The position numbers and the translations under genes are program-made. The notes below the pieces were generated by a model. That model was given only the letters and a program-made list of their open reading frames with translations, had not been told where the DNA came from and did no database searches. This document shows positions 25,391 through 39,100 of a DNA stretch of 64,000 bases, piece after piece. This DNA comes from Takakia lepidozioides. Its lineage: Eukaryota > Plantae > Bryophyta. How positions within the stretch are numbered: position 1 is the first letter of the stretch; each line of letters opens with the position of its first letter. Location of the stretch: assembly GCA_030704615.1 (NCBI GenBank), contig CM060734.1, positions 7,006,001 through 7,070,000 on the forward strand, in the 5' to 3' direction.

Positions 25391-26396
25391 TGGAAGTAGA
25401 TACAACCATGGAAGGCTAACAAGCAACGCAAGGCCCAGCTACTAGGAGACCTTGAACACCCGAGATCCTGGCTCAAGTTCACAGATTGCAAGACGGCGAC
25501 TAACGATGGGGCTACTCTTGTACCCGGCCCCTTGGTCTATAGAGTTTGAGTACAATAGGGACAGTGATAGAGGACTTAGTACGGCTGTGGCTATTACATC
25601 TTGTAGCTATCTGGAGGTAGAGGGACCTATCCACCAGCGAGGTTTGCTATTTCATGAGCATGAGCGGCATGAGCGGCATGAGCAGAGTAGTAACACAATC
25701 GGTTTTCATGAGCAGAAGTACAAATTTCGAAAATAAAAAACAATAAAAAACAATAATTTAATGCAATGTGTCAGAAAAAACAAATATATTATTCGGCCCC
25801 TTGAAGGGAAAATTGCACTTTTGACAGTTGTGCTCATGATATTTCGTCTTCCGCTCATGCCAATTCCCAGCGACATGTGCAAATATGGCACCGAATTTCG
25901 CGGTAATAGGGTCCGTAACCTGAAAAAACGGCGACGTATTTCGCGGCAATAGGTCTCTCTGGCGAAAAATGGTGCCGAATTCCGCGGCTATAGGTCCCCT
26001 CATGACAGGTAATTCGGCGCCATTTTTCCAGTGCATGTTCGGACTTAGCCAGTTTTCGGCCCAAAAAAGAGAAATTGGGCGCCATTTTTCAAACACGGTA
26101 CCAGTGCATGTTGGGACTTAGCGAGTTTTCGGCCCCAAAAAGAGAAATTCGGCGCCATTTTCCCAAACACAGGTACCAGTGCATGTTGGGACTTAGCGAG
26201 TTTTCGGCCCCAAAAAGAGAAATTCGGCGCCATTTTTCCAAAATGGCCCCACAACTGCTTCTGTTGGATCTCAGTTTGAATGGAATATTGCCTCATTCCA
26301 GGAGTTTTGGGGTGCATTTCATTACACTGCAAAAAAAAAGTCTGATACAGCAAAATGCATTTGAAAATATCCATATGGAGGATTCCGTTTGCCCCA

Positions 26397-29300
26397 TCAA
26401 TGATTTCTGGAATCCCTAAGGAGGAGTTTGTGCAGCTCGTTCACGATCAACGCCGGTGCATGAATAAAGTCATCAATAGTCACGTTCATCCTCAACCTCT
26501 TCAGGTAAATGTAATACAGATGCTTGCACGGATAATACTTCGAACCCTTCTTTGCTTCCATCAACGAGAAGTCCGTACAGTTGCAAGTCGGCTCCACTCC
26601 AATCGTAATTGTGTATACATCGTCGCGTACAGCCGAGCCGGCCGTTGCCATCCGATACACACGCCCAAGGCCGGGTGGGGGTACGTCCACGGAGCTCTGA
26701 ATAGTGCAAGCCATCCCAAGAGCATTGGCAATCCGAGTCTCATTCAACTTGTTGGGAGGGTGTCGTCTCTTCACTCTTCCGAATCGCATTGTGGGATGTG
26801 CAGAATTGTCCAATCCGTCTCTACTGGACCGAGCAGTCTGCAATGGCTGGGTCTGAGGAACCGGAAATGCGTGGGCCGGGATGTCTGTGCGTTGCACCAT
26901 TCGAAATCCTGCTGCAGATAGAGCATCCGCCTCATTCTGAGAGAGGCTGCAACCCGGTGCAACAGGCCAGACGCCCGGAGGCTCCGGCATTCCCTGAATC
27001 CCGTACTTGGGCTTGCCAAATACACAGGTCATTATGTCGTGCCTACAGAACCAAAATGTCTGCGTTGTGGCGTGAGCAAATGTGGGAGTCAAAAATCTGC
27101 CGCTGAAACAAGGTGCAGGTACAGCACCGTGTGGGTTCCTCCGAATCATCTCACCACAGCGTGCTCTCGTATCCACCCGGATGGCGCAACACTTCCCTCG
27201 AAATGCCGGCAATGTCCTCGCAATTCTCCACTGTGACTCCGACACTCTTGTCTCCACAATGGGAATGTTGTATTGCTTTACTACAGATGGCTCGTTATGT
27301 TGCCGGGGCACGCGCCCTGTGCTCAAAGGAGATGGCGATCTTGAACGTGCAGGACTTCTGGTGCTCGACGAGACCTCCTCGGACAACATCACCGGACCAC
27401 GAGGAAGCGTGCGAATATTCTTGTCAGCTCGCCATGAATCCTCTTCTCCGCCAGGTGCCTCGTCAAGTCTTCGTCTCACTGGACGGGTATGAACATCTCC
27501 TTCCAAATGTTGGCCTCTTCGCAGCAATGGCGTGTCCCGAAGGCCCTCTCGCAATGCCGCCGCCCACTTCCGAGGATTCTTCGATCTGGAGGCAGTCCGC
27601 ATCAGCATTTCCTGCCTGTCCGGCCCCAAGCCCCACTGTTTCCCTTTCAAGAACTCGTTGTACCTGCATTGCTGCATAATTGACCTCACAATGTCCTCCG
27701 TTGTGGCAGTGAGGATGTCCACCAGATGCGCCGCAGAGGAAGAGTGCACTGATTCGGCCATGTTTGTCGTGGGCATGTCGGTGTCGGAGTCGAGACACAT
27801 TTCCTGCACAAGCACATGTTCAGGTTACAAGCAAGTTACAAATATGGCCAAGAATAATATCCAACGGGACGCGAATTCGTGCAACTCACCTCCCGCATAT
27901 AGTCGCCGAACTGGAGGAAACGATAATGCCACCATGCTAGCCAACTGACCATTGCTCCTTCGTCTGATTTCCTTACAGCACCTGATGATGTCCACCAAGC
28001 CCGTATGCATGCAAACTGTGTCTCTGCATCATCCAAGGTGGGAGCGCGCTTCCACGCAAGGCACATGGAACGGTGCTCCTCTCTGAAATCTGGCGCCACG
28101 AGCCTGGTTGTGTACTGCGAAAGGCTCTGCAGAAAATGGAACCCACAAGATCTCTCCTTGCCTTCCATGGGAACATTGGGGTCTTGCCCGTACACCCTTC
28201 GGATGGCAGCCCAATTTGCTTGTGCGTTGTCCGCCATGAAACCACGGAAATTGGGAGGGGGCAATCCCGCCTTGGCCATCTGTTCGTTTATTCCCTGCCA
28301 AAGAAGCATCTCCGATTGTGTGTCCTCTCTTTTCATCTCACAAATAGCAATTGTCATTAGCATCCTGCAGTGGGTGTCGTAGACATGTGCACCCATTGTC
28401 ACCCACTGGTGATTTGTAATTCGCTTGATATGGTCGAACATGACCCAACTGTTTGACAAGTTCCCACTCGTCATCCTGTCGACCAGTTCGACGCCACTGC
28501 CAGGTCCACACGTGGACATTTTGAATACGAAACAACGATCTGCCTCAGTCCCTTGTCTTGGAAACCTACTTCCATGAATGTAGTCATATCCACATCGTCG
28601 CTTCACCTCCAGAATGGAGTGCATATCCGAGCCACGCCCAATTTTCTGTTTGCATGAGACAATGTGGTTTCGGACATTCGGTGAACATACGTGGGACACC
28701 GACTCCAGCAATGCCTCCATTTCCTTCTCGTCGAGAGGAACTCTATCGGAGCCGTCTTCCGACATAATTCTGGCCAATGCCATCTTATGGGCGGCTTGGA
28801 GCTGTATCTGTTTGGGTTTGGCACCCGGTCTCAACTTAACCTCCTCCTGAACGAGCTGCTCTGCTTCGTGGGCAGCCTCCCGCGAGTTCCCCCTCGCCAA
28901 TTTGTGACAATGGGAACCAACGTGTATGCAAGCTCGGGTGAGGTCAGGGAAACGGTGCAACACATAGAACTGCTTGGCATTACAAACAGACATGCAGTGT
29001 GGTGGTTCTTTGCAATGCGCACACTTAAATGTGGAGTTCGGAACCTTCTCCTGAGCTCGAAATGGTTGGTGAGCTGTGCCTGTCCAATCGGTCTCGTTCC
29101 TGTGACCTCTAGATTTAAAGTGGAAGCAAGTTGGGGAGAAACACGCAACGCGCCCGCACAAACAACGTAGCGCACCCGCACACCATCAAGCATCTTCATG
29201 CTGGTGGTTTTGGTAACGCACCAAGGATGACCGTCATGTTTTCTATCCATATCTGTCAACATTCCGGACGCCCTCGAGTAGTCCGCCCGAGGAGGAACTC

Positions 29301-29887
29301 AAAGAAGATATTACCGTCGACGTCGGCGGGAAGGCATGTAACCGATTTAATTGCGAACTTGTGTAGTCCAGCCCGGCCAGCTCCGACCGGTGTCCCTCCA
29401 GGTGAAGCCCTCGCAGAATTTCTAGAATAGATCGAACTGCGGTGCTCGTGCTGGGAATATGACTCCCTCCTCCACTGACGTCCATTGAGGACTTGCCTGA
29501 TCTCCAGGACGACCTCGGAACTTCCATGACCTCGTCTGAGTCGGATAGGTTGTGAACAACCCGGTTCTCGGTCGTCTTCATGGATGGGTTCGGCTCTGGA
29601 TTTACTTCGTTGCGGACTTCTCTCTTTGAGGTACCCACTCTCTGATTCGCGGATTGTTTCGTGGAAGGCGCCAGGATAGACGGTGCATTTGGCGGGCAAA
29701 TGAAGTCCCCAACAGCCCTGTATATGACGTTGTCCGATGGTGGAACTCGCCATTCTCTGCCATCGCCGAAATCATCGTGGAGCACAACAATACTCTCGAC
29801 AACAAGGCCGTTTGAGTCCTTCCTTTCCTCCTCCAAAAAAACCGACCCCGGTTTCAGGTGGTATCGAACGCACAGATATTTCTCCAT
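26397..29887 (-). pseudogene. Mutator-like transposase, copy 2 (intron 27804-27889; frameshifts ~29140-29365)
   Basis: Near-identical to 6041-9546, with the same DDE, CGFH and SWIM motifs; 12-nt deletion near 27738. Confidence 0.9.
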
Positions 29888-30269
29888 CACCCGGCAGGTG
29901 TCCCCTCTGCACGGAAATGAAGCTCTATGCTCGTGAGGAGGGCAGTACACTGTAGCGCTCGGGTTTTCCGCCATGGGAGATGTGCACACAAGACTGCCAG
30001 GATGGCGTGCGGGGAAGCTCCCTGGTAGAAGGGGGTGCAGCGATGGGAATGAATGCGATGCCGATTTGTCCGAGTGACGAAGCCTGATCCAAATCCAGGG
30101 AGCCAACTATCTCAAAAATCCACAGTCAGAGTGTTAATGAACCTTGTCTCCGGAATGCGGCCCCTCGTCTTTGCGCAATAACTGCCAATGGTATGCAGTC
30201 AGAAAGTGGGGGGCCGTCCGGATGATGACGGCTGAAGGGGAGAAGCCGGCACCGTGCCGTCACATTACT

Positions 30270-32830
30270 ACCCCCGAATGGAAATTCGGCACCCAATATC
30301 CAACAGAGGAAGCCCGGATGAAGTCGCCTCGGGCGCAGAGGCCGGAGTGTGTGCGACAGAGAACATCCCCTGGATGGAGATTCGGCGCCGAATTTCCATC
30401 CGGGCCCCCAAAGGGAGTCGTGTCGGGGGGTCAGGCCGAAAACTGGACGGCATAAAAACATCCCCAGATGGAAAAACGGCGCCGAATTTCCATCCGGGGC
30501 GGTTCGGATGCAGTCGGGAAGGGGGGAGTGGCCTGCACTTGGCCGTCACATTTCAACCCCCGGACGGAAATTCGGCACCGAATATCGAACAGGGGACTTC
30601 CGGATGAAGTCGCCTCGGGCGTAGAGGCCGGCGAGTGTGCGACAGAGAACATCCCCTGGACGGAGATTCGGCGCCGAATTTCCATCCGGGCCCCCCCAAA
30701 GGAAGTCTTGTCGGGGGGTCAGACCGAAAACTGGCCGACATAAAAACCTCCACAGATGGGAAAACGGCGCCGAATTTCAATTCGGGGCCGTTCCAATGCA
30801 GTCGGGGAGAAGGGAGAGGTCGGCACCTGGCCGTCATATTTCAACCCCCGGGACGGAAATTCGGCACCGAATATCCAACAGAGCGGCGGAGAGGCGGCAC
30901 CTCTCCGACAGAGACCATCCCCTGGATGGAAATTCGGCGCCGAATTTCCATCCAGCAGGTAAGTGGAATCCCGGATGGATGGAGATTCGGCGCCGAATTT
31001 CCATCCAGCAGGTAAGTGGAATCTCGGATAGATGGAGATTCGGCGCCGAATTTCCATCCTGCAGGTAATTCGAATCCCGGATGAATGGAAATTCGGCGCC
31101 GAATTTCCATCCTGCAGGTAATTCGAATCCCGGATGGATGGAGATTCGGCGCCGAATTTCCATCCTGCAGGTAATTCGAATACCGGATGAACGGAAATTC
31201 GGCGCCGAATTTCCATCCAGCAGGTAAGTGGAATCCCGGATGGATGAAGATTCGGCGCCGAATTTCCATCCTGCAGGTAATTCGAATCCCGGATGGATGG
31301 AAATTCGGCGCCGAATTTCCATCCTGCAGGTAATTCGAATCCCGGATGGATGGAAATTCGGCGCCGATTTCCATCCAGCAGGTAAGTGGAATCCGGATGG
31401 ATGGAGATTCGGCGCCGATTTTCCATCCTGCAGGTAATTCGAATACCGGATGAATGGAAATTCGGCGCCGAATTTCCATCCAGCAGGTAAGTGGAATCCC
31501 GGATGGATGAAGATTCGGCGCCGAATTTCCATCCTGCAGGTAATTCGAATCCCGGATGGATGGAAATTCGGCGCCGAATTTCCATCCAGCAGGTAAGTGG
31601 AATCTCGGATGGATGGAGATTCGGCGCCGATTTTCCATCCTGCAGGTAATTCGAATACCGATGAATGGAAATTCGGCGCCGAATTTCCATCCAGCAGGTA
31701 AGTCGAATCCTCCGCATAATGGAAATTCGGCGCCGAATTTCCATCCTGCAGGTAATTCGAATCCCTGCTGGATGGAAATTCGGCACCGAATTTCCATCCA
31801 GCAGGTAAGTCGGATCGGTGCCGTAGGATATTCGGCGCCGAATTTCCATTCGCCATGTATTTCTGCGCGAGGAATTACCTTCGTGCAGGTAATTCCCATA
31901 TAGAATTACCTTCCTGCAGGTAATTTTCAGATGAGAATTACCTTCTGCAGGTAATTCCAATCGATTATTCCTCGTCCATAATTACCTACACGAAGGTAAT
32001 TCTCATCTGGGAATTACCTGAACGAAGGTAATTCCTCGCACAGAAATACATGGCGAATGGAAATTCGGCGCCGAATATCCATACGGCACCGATCCGACTT
32101 ACCTGCTGGATGGAAGTTCGGCGCCGAATTTCCATCCAGCAGGGATTCGACTTACCTGCAGGATGGAAATTCGGCGCCGAATCTCCATCCATCCGAGATT
32201 CCACTTACCTGCTGGATGGAAATTCGGCGCCGAATTTCCATTCATCCGGGATTCGAATTACCTGCAGGATGGAAATTCGGCGCCGAATTACCTGCTTGAG
32301 GGAATTTGGCGCACCGCCCTACCTGCGCGGATGGAAATTCGGCGCCGGATTTCCATCCGCGCGCTTCCGAATTACCTGCGTGAGGGAAATTTCCAGCGCC
32401 GCCCTACCTCCGCGGATGGAAATTCGGCGCCGGATTTCCATCCGCGCGCTTCCGAATTACCTGCGTGAGGGAAATTTCCAGCGCCGCCCTACCTCCGCGG
32501 ATGGAAATTCGGCGCCGGATTTCCATCCGCGCGCTTCCGAATTACCTGCGTGAGGGAAATTTGGCGCACCGCCCTACCTCCGCGGATGGAAATTCGGCGC
32601 CGGATTTCCATCCGCGCGCTTCCGAATTACCTGCGTGAGGGAAATTTCCAGCGCCGCCCTACCTCCGCGGATGGAAATTCGGCGCCGGATTTCCATCCGC
32701 GGGCTTCCGAATTACCTGCGTGAGGGAAATTTCCACCGCCGCCCTTCCTCCGCGGATGGAAATTCGGCGCCGGATATCCATCCTGCTGCGCTCCGAATTA
32801 CCTGCAGGATGGAAATCCGTCGCCGGAATT
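30270..32830. repeat. Intergenic palindrome array: ~18 x 53-bp units, a central inverted repeat (~31810-32100), then 53-bp and ~86-bp units
   Basis: GGCGCC cores at 30936, 30989, 31042 and onward. The sequence left of ~31950 is mirrored to the right. Confidence 0.95.
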
Positions 32831-33186
32831 CCATCGTGCATTGCTCTCCGAATTACCTCTACGTTGGAAATTCCGGGACTGTTTACGTCGATTTTCATCC
32901 GACATGGAGGGCTTCATCCGACATTTAATTGCGCAGTTGGGCAATAAATGTCGACGGCCGTCGGTTATTATTCGGGCTGGCGACGCATGGCTTCCTGGAC
33001 ACGTACCCTAAATCTCATGCTAAACTTGGCTTAACATGGTATTCCAGGCATGTACCCCAAAAAAGGAGATCTTTTTGGCTGGGACTTATGCCGCCTGAAG
33101 GGCGTGGCTCTCCTGAGAGAGACCTCACATCCAGACCGCGGCGGAAGTTGAAAGCTCTGTACTACGGACGACGGCCAATCTCTCGC

Positions 33187-36100
33187 ATGGCCAAACTGAA
33201 GCTCCAGCAGGAGATTCCAGTGTCTTGCTCACAACCTGCGCCAACTGAAGCCGAGTACTCTCAGGCAAGCCACTTCTGCTTTCGGTTTGTTCGATTTATT
33301 TTTTGCTTTCGCTTTGTTACCTCGCTTTGTTTTTGAATCTTCATCCTGGCTTTGCTGTATGAGTGAACTTTAGATAGTTGAGTGAACCTTAGATTGTTTG
33401 CAATGCGTGTGCAAATCCGGCAGCTCTGGAGAAGGCTGCTTGTGCATGTCATTCTTAGGCAATGGTTGCATTTGTTTTCATTGTTGTTGCATGGCTCTCC
33501 ATACTTCCTACATTTGTTATGTTTTCATTTTTGCTACATGATTGTTGCTATGGTGGTTGCGCTGCTCGTTGCGATGCTGCTTTTTGCACCGATGTTGGTT
33601 TTCACGATTTTTGTCAATGACAGAGTGATGACGAGCCCGGCACACTGGTGGTATCATCGACAGCTCCAACTCATCGCATGTTTGAATCGCCCAACTTGGG
33701 GCGAGAGGGCAAACTTAAACCTTTTGTTGGTGGACGGGAGGACTTGCAACGAGATTACGACAGAGTAGGCATTGGGGAGGTTGGTGCAGGCGGCATGGCA
33801 GGTGAAGGGCGTGAGGACATGAGGACAGCAGATCCGGCAATGGAGGTTGTTCATGCACATGCAGTAGGGCCCGCCCACGCAAAGAAAAAGAAGAAAGCTA
33901 AGCACATGCAATCCCCGGCGAGAGAGCAGTCACGGGCTGCGGAGGGGGAGTGAGCAGTGCGCGCGAGGGTGTCAGTTCGCCTCAATCAAAGGTGGTCGTC
34001 CTGGAGGGCTCCCCTGCTGCTAGCCCTAGTAAGAAACAGAAAGCCCGTGAGAGGGCAAAAGAGAGGGCAAAAGAACAGACGAGACAGAATGCTAGCCAGG
34101 AGGAAAGACAAAAGGCAGCTGAAGAGGCCAGGGGTGCCCAAATGACAGATGCCAATGTAAGCGAGGGACCCACAGAGACGGTGGATCCCTACAAGACACC
34201 ACAGAGAGGCAGTAGCACACCGGTTAGACCATCGCGGGCAAGAGCAGCCCCCGCAATTACCCATACGGTGGAGAGTGGAGGAGAGGAAAGAACACCTGAA
34301 AGAGCACGGATTGTGCAAGTTCGAGGTGAAGCCAGGGAGAGGGCAGTAGAGACGACGAGAGTGCTGGAGGTGGTTTCGCAGGTGGCTGACCCTGTTGAGG
34401 AGGACGACATGGAGGTTTCTGACCAGGATGACATCCTCCCGGACATCCCCAGGCCCCAAACCCGGAGCATACAGGCTGGATTTGGCGGTCCTGGTGGGCT
34501 GCCGGAAAACCCCTCTGCAGCAGACGTCATGTCTGAGGCGGATATGAAGTTGGCCGCTGCCAAGATGTTGGAGGCAACCCACAGCAACATTGGCAGGGTG
34601 CTGGGGGGCATGGTGTACCCGGCCAAGCTTCGAATTCCCCTTTGCCGCTTGGTGTCATTGCAGGTGGTGAGACCTGCCCTCCCAGGCGATATCGACAAGC
34701 TGAAATTCTCTTTCCGGGATGGATATCGAATGGGGTCTGCCGCCTTTTACGTTTCCATTGAGAACGACCACGGAGCTTCCCGTGCCCACACTTCCGATGA
34801 GGTGGACAAATGGGGTCCCCATTGGCAAACGCGAAATGAGGAGTTCGAGAGATCGATTGCTAGTGATCCTCTTTTCCAGCACATGTCCGGTAAGATGTTC
34901 TACGTGTGGGACGGCAATCATCGCCTCCTGGCATGGATGGAGCACATTGCCCAAGCCCACCCCAACGATCTCGATTGGCATTTCGCCGTCGATTGTGTTG
35001 TGCTGAAGGTTGCGGGGCCCAAAGATCGCAGTCTTCTCAAAGCTGCAATGGCCGACATCAACTCGTAAGCTACAACCCCTCTCGCTTTTGGACTTTGAAT
35101 TTGGAAGTCATTTCATTGCGAATCCTCATATATGATGAAAATTCCCATTTCAGTATTGTTTGATGGAAATGTGGCACTGCAGGGTGACTGAGAATGCCTT
35201 CATTGCCACCAACTTGTCCCATATGCTCTTCCGAGTGAAGGATGTCGGGAAGCAGGGGGTGCAAGAGTTTGCCAATTCCCTCAGTGCCGACCTCCTGCGC
35301 AAGTCGGAGGCAAAGGCAGACAGAACCTGGTATAGGCTGAGCGTCGACGCCATGGTGGACTACATATTTCGGGTAAAGCTCCTGACAGTTTTGTTGAGCT
35401 AATCTGTCTCTCCTCCCCCAATAGAAGAAATTGTGTTGAGCAGGATCTCTAATCTTATGTGCGCATTCTTGACAGACGAAAATACAGCAGGATTTGGCAC
35501 ATGCGCGGAGGTTCTACATGGAGTCAGAGGAGAAGAATCCAACCCTCCCGGAACTCGAATCGTATGTCAAAGCTGCGGAGGTGAGGGCCCGCATAAAGTA
35601 CAAGTCGCGGATGGTAAAGTACGTGGCCATAGCTGATCCCGCCCTTGGTGCCGACTTTCTGGTGGAGGTGGGGAAGCACTACTCTCGCGCTCTGAAGCCC
35701 ACGATGACATTGGAGAAGCTCCATCGTCTAGCCACATCCTGTGTGGATGCAACAGAAAAGGTGATACATTCTTAACAAAATTGTGGTGGCAACAACTCCT
35801 TTTTGTGGTGTTTGGCGCTTACGAATATGCTGGGTGGTTGGACAGACCCGGTGGCTCCAAATCTGGAATGGTTCCCAAAGTACCAGGGACATGTGGAGCT
35901 TCCCCAAACCGGACAAACTCTCTGACCCCACATTCGACATGTGGATGAACCGCATGACATGGTGGTTTCAGGTACTTCCCCACGCTTCGTTTGGGGCTTC
36001 TACTCTAGTAGGGGGTGGATTCATTGTATTTTTTGAGGAAAGCGATCTGATGGACAATCTCCACAGGTGACGACGAATGCGCAAGAGCAGCTGGACACAC

Positions 36101-39100
36101 AAGCACATCAGTTCAAGATGGAGATATCTCCTGCAGCAGAGAGCCTACGTGACTATGTGACGAGGTACTTTCTGCTCTAAAAAACCAACCTATTCTTTCG
36201 GGAGATAGCAGATGCTCGCCAGAGCCACGAGTTCACCGACCAGCCGAACGCGGACAAAGCAGCAATGCGCCTTCTGTACAGGTACATACGCGCTGCCTTT
36301 CTTTCAAGTCCTGGCATTTCAGGATGTTAGAGGCCTCAAGTGGTGTTAGGGAAAATGGCGCCGAATTTCCAGTCAGGGCTCCAAAAATGGCTAAGTCCCT
36401 AGACTGGCTGGCCCGGAACTGGAAATTCGGCGCCATTTTCCAGTTCCAGGCCCTATTGCCGTTCAGGGACTTAGCCATTTTCGGCCTAAGTCCCTAGACT
36501 GGCTGGCCCTGAAGTGGAAATTCGGCGCCATATTCCAGTTTTAGGCCCTATTGCCGTTCAGGGACTTAGCCATTTTCGGCCTAAGTCCCTAGTGTGGCTG
36601 GCCCGCAATTGGAAATTCGGCGCCGTTTTCCAGTTCTAGGCCCTATTGCCGTCCAGGGACTTAGCCATTTTCGGGCTAAGTCCCTAGACTAGCTGGCCCT
36701 GAACTGGAAATTCGGCGCCCTTTTCCAGTTCCAGGCCGTATTGCCGTTCAGGGACTTAGCCATTTTCGGCCTAAGTCCCTAGACTGGCTGGCCCTGAACT
36801 GGAAATTCGGCGCCATATTCCAGTTCCAGGCCCTATTGCCGTCCAGGGACTTAGCCATTTTCGGTCTAAGTCCCTACGGTGGCTGGCCAGGAACTGGAAA
36901 TTCGGCGCCGTTTTCCAGTTCTAGGCCCTATTGCCGTCCAGGGACTTAGCCATTTTCGGGCTAAGTCCCTAGTGTGGCTGGCCCGGAACTGGAAATTCGG
37001 CGCCGTTTTCCAGTTCTAGGTCCTATTGCCGTCCAGGGACTTAGCCATTTTCGGGCTAAGTCCCTAGGGTGGCTGGCCCGGAACTGGAAATTCGGCGCCG
37101 TTTTCCAGTTCTAGGCCCTATTGCCGTCCAGGGACTTAGCCATTTTCGGGCTAAGTCCCTAGACTGGCTGGCTCTGAACTGAAAATTCGGCGCCATTTTC
37201 CAGTTCCAGGCCGTATTGCCGTTCAGGGACTTAGACATTTTCGGGCTAAGTCCCTAGACTGGGTGGCCCTGAAGTGGAAATTCGGCGCCATATTCCAGTT
37301 GTAGGCCCTATTGCCGTTCAGGGACTTAGCCATTTTCGGACCTCATTGTGTTTTTCATGAATGCAGGTACTGTAAGTTCTCCCTTTTGGAGAAAGGTCAT
37401 CTGTCTTTCGAGCCACCATTCTTCCTGGCATGGAGGAACCCTGGGGCTGACTCCATGTACACTAACGATATTGTGAAGGAGTGGCATCTGGAACATTTGC
37501 GTGATTGCCCTTGGTATGTGGACCTTCCGCCCGGCTCGCTCGACCCATCCGAGTTTCAATTGAAGCTGGATGCTGAATTCCGACGAAACCGGGCTCCGCT
37601 GCCTCCGTTGGGTACAAAAGAGGCAAAAGCGCTTGCGAACTCCAGGAAAGCGGCAGAGCTTGCTCAGGCAGGAATTCAGGAGAAATTGCATGAGAAGAGT
37701 AAAGGTCAAAGGAAAAGGACAAGGAAACAGGTGACTGCAGTAACACCCAAAAAGAAGAAAACCATCGGGGCATCGGAGGAGGCGCAGGAGGGGACCCAAG
37801 AGAGTGACTCCGACGCCGATTTTGTTCAAGGTCCTGCGACTGCTGTTGCTCCTACCCAGTCACCGGTCGTCCGGGTTCCCAAGTCAGTTCGGAGTGGGAC
37901 TGGCTCTGCCAAGAAGTTGGCATTTGAGGGCGAGCCTACACGGCGGTATTTGGCGGTGACGTTTACGCACAGGCCAAAGCTAGAACCTCCAACCATCATC
38001 CAATGCGTCAATGAGAGCTTCCTTGATGCTCTCGCTGCCAGGGCAAAGAAGGTGGCACACAACAAGTCTCTGGCGGAGCAGAAGGGGAAAGCCAAGAAGA
38101 GGGCTGCCGGTACAGAGCCTAAAGACACCCCTGGTTTTGAAGCCATGATGGAATTCTTCACGGCTGTGAGCACGAATTGCAAGAGCACTCGGGGGGGGGG
38201 GGTTGAGGTGGAGAGAGCTTGCGACATGATTCTCCTCGACATTCCAGATGGGGAGCTGCTGGAGGGCCTGGATGGTGTGCCCACCTGGAACAGGTTTACT
38301 GAGGACTACTGGAAAGCCGGGTTTGGGCTGGCGGGGATGCTTCTGGATGACGGTGGATGTGTGGTTGTCCTTGCCACGAGAGGGAAGACCACAGAGAATG
38401 CGGTGGCAAGGTGGACACCGAAAAGTGTCACCCCGGTCCTCCTCAGAAAATGGTTCTGCATCAGTACGCAGGGGTTGCGAACAGAGGGCCAAAGTGTAAG
38501 TTATCAATCTATTGCATTCACTTCATATTGCGGTGTATGTTAAGTAGACCCTGGAATTGATCCCTTCTTTGTTGGATGTGCAGACATTGGTGTTTGAGGC
38601 ATATTGCTTTGTGAAGAGAGGGTCTACGTTCAAATTCCGCAACGACGGTCGTCTTGTTGATGCCGCTGTGGACCCTGTAACCTACGATGTCCTCTACAAC
38701 TATGTGCCCCACTCTAGTATGCCGAAGGACACAAAGACAGGCAAACCGTGGCGGTACAGCCGGACCCGGAGCCCTGCTTTCATCCAAACCCTCATGGAGA
38801 CGTGCTCGGATGTCCAAGGGCGGATTCTGGACCTCACATGCGGCACGGGTAAGCCTTCACGTGCTCAGTTTGTCCCCTGGCCCCATTGCAATTGCATGCC
38901 GCAAGCTATTAACCGCCCGCTTTGTTCCTCAGGTGCTTCAATGTGGGCAGGGACGTTGTCCGACAGGCATGTGTTCGCCTTCGAGCCAGATACTGCCCTC
39001 CACAACTCGGAACTTGCAGCGGCTGAACGTCTGCCGAAAGAGGAAGAGGCATCCTCGGAGGATGAGGAAAAATCCGAGAAGGAGCAGGGGAGGAAGTTGG

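Noticed and set aside
30920-31850. CRISPR-like array (28-bp palindromic repeat with ~25-bp spacers)
   Set aside because: The spacers are themselves two or three recurring variants rather than unique sequences, no cas genes are present, and the context is an intron-containing eukaryotic transposon.
4530-32000. One giant foldback element formed by the two inverted MULE copies
   Set aside because: Copy 2 has its own TIR pair and TSD and is nested in a retroelement, so the two copies are independent insertions.
30719-32553. Long ORFs (413, 352, 340 aa) with MEIRRRISI repeats; similar ORFs at 4748-5783 and 49798-50614
   Set aside because: Artefacts of stop-poor palindromic tandem repeats; they are open in several frames on both strands.
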